From the NCBI GenBank assembly GCA_050273025.1, contig CP158635.1:26784001-26848000 (forward strand): a stretch of 64,000 nucleotides of DNA, written 5' to 3'. Within the stretch, counting starts at the first letter, position 1; the number at the start of each line of letters is the position of its first letter. This document shows, piece by piece, positions 62,628 through 64,000 of this stretch. Made by a program: the position numbers and the translations under genes. The notes below the pieces were generated by a model. It was not told where the DNA came from, searched no databases, and was given only the letters and a program-made list of their open reading frames with translations. The DNA is from Cenococcum geophilum (lineage: Eukaryota).

Positions 62628-64000
62628 CATCGGCAAAATATTATCCCTTGTAAATGACCTCAGCTGCTAAAAGTTGGTGTCGTTGGCGGGCCATTAAGGG
62701 CATTAACTAACTTGACAAACCAGTCTATATTGAGTTCATTTGACACGCAGCCTGCGCGCAGCCTATATATAGCCTACGTAACCTACGCAACCTACGTAAC
62801 CTGCGCAACCTATATAACTTATAATTTTAGATAATAAAGGCTACTTTAAAGCCGTTTATAAAGCTATTAAGATAAATTATATATACTTCTTTATATAATC
62901 TATTATATCTATATCTACTACCTATCTACATTATCTACCTATCTATATTACCTACCTATCTATATTACCTACTTATCTACATTACCTACCTATCTACATC
63001 GCCTACCTATTTACATTGTCTACTTATCTATATTGTCTACCTATCTATATTACCTACCTATTTACATTACCTACCTATCTGCATTACCTACTTATTTACA
63101 TTATCTACCTATCTATATTGCCTACCTATCTGCATCGTCTATTGGTCTATATCGTCTACCTATCTATATTACCTACCTGTCTATATTACCTACCTATCTA
63201 TATCGCCTACCTATCTATATCGCCTACCTATCTATATCGCCTACCTATCTATATTGTCTACCTATCTACATTATTTACCTATTTATATCTGCCTATAGTG
63301 TCTAATTTAATTCGGGGGAGAGGTCGGCCCAATTAAAGGCTCTAATTAATTCGAATCGTTCTCTATAGCCGTTTACTGGCTATATATTCGAATAGTGGTT
63401 ATCTAAGGTGCCTCCCTAGGAGGCCTTAATTCGATTTAATTCGGTAATAGGCTCTAAATTAATTCAATTAATCGATTAAATCGTTTGTGGTGTTCGCTGG
63501 CTAGTTATTTAAACGGTTGTCGTCTGGTTCTAGTAATAGTCGTCTACTAGTTCTAGCGATGGTTATCTAGTTTTAGCGACGGTTATCTAGTTCTGGCGAC
63601 GGTTATCTAGTTCTGGCGACGGTCGTCTAGTTTTAGTAACGGTCGTCTAGTTCTGGCGACAGTTATCTGGTTCTAACGACGGTTATCTAGTTCTGGCGAC
63701 ATTCGTCTAGTTCTAGCGACGGTTATGGTTCTAGCGACAGTCGTCTAGTTCTAGCGACGGTCGTCTAGTTCTGGCGACGGTTGTCTAGTTTTGGCGACGG
63801 TTGTCTAGTTCTGGTGACGGTTGTAGTTCTAGCGACAGTTATCTAGTTTTGGCGACGGTTGTCTAGTTCTAGCGACAGTCGTCTAGTTCTAGTAACGGTC
63901 CTTTCCTACCTACCTACCTGCCTGCTTATCTACTTGTCTGCCTACCTACTTATTTATTTACCTACCTACCTACCTACCTACCTACCTACCTATCTACCTG
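62628..64000 (+). mobile_element. Non-autonomous CATCGG-ended tandem-array element, copy 3 (runs off the window)
   Basis: TA|CATCGGCAAAATAT interrupts the Copia RT. It has the same array order as copies 1 and 2: 16-bp CCTACCTATCTATATY-type array, 20-bp TCTAGTTCTAGCGACGGTTG array and (CCTA)n. Confidence 0.82.

Noticed and set aside
58575..63900. Repetitive ORFs (RALY/KALH, YLPIY, TYLTTLKAN) and CRISPR-like or telomeric reading of the arrays
   Set aside because: These are translations of tandem repeats. Units are contiguous with no unique spacers, the context is eukaryotic, and (TAGG)n is internal to an element and is not TTAGGG.

Overview
This is filamentous-ascomycete (Pezizomycotina) genomic DNA, judged from short GT-AG introns with CTAAC/CTGAC branch points and strong RIP-type C-to-T decay in repeats. 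It has three zones. (1) 1-3.5 kb is a transposon patch: a RIP-degraded pogo/Fot1 element with nested solo LTRs, plus MITEs. (2) 4-42 kb is gene-dense. It holds NAD kinase, spermidine synthase, a SAM methyltransferase, epsilon-COP, a Use1-like SNARE, a small 3-exon gene absent from the ORF track, a C2H2 transcription factor, glutathione peroxidase, PTPA/Rrd2, a CaaX-tailed Smr protein, an AKR7-like reductase, a DMT/EamA transporter and an AmdX-like C2H2 transcription factor, with short non-autonomous transposons in promoters. (3) 42.3-64 kb is an AT-rich, RIP-ruined transposon block whose nesting can be reconstructed at single-base resolution. The least ordinary signals are piggyBac-like elements that appear to duplicate only AT rather than TTAA (supported by a restored host reading frame), an IS630/Tc1-like element with a 5-bp TSD, and a non-coding CATCGG-ended family with 2-bp TSDs built from stacked tandem arrays. 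I see no recognisable novel protein-coding system or gene cluster. All family assignments come from motif recognition, not database searches.
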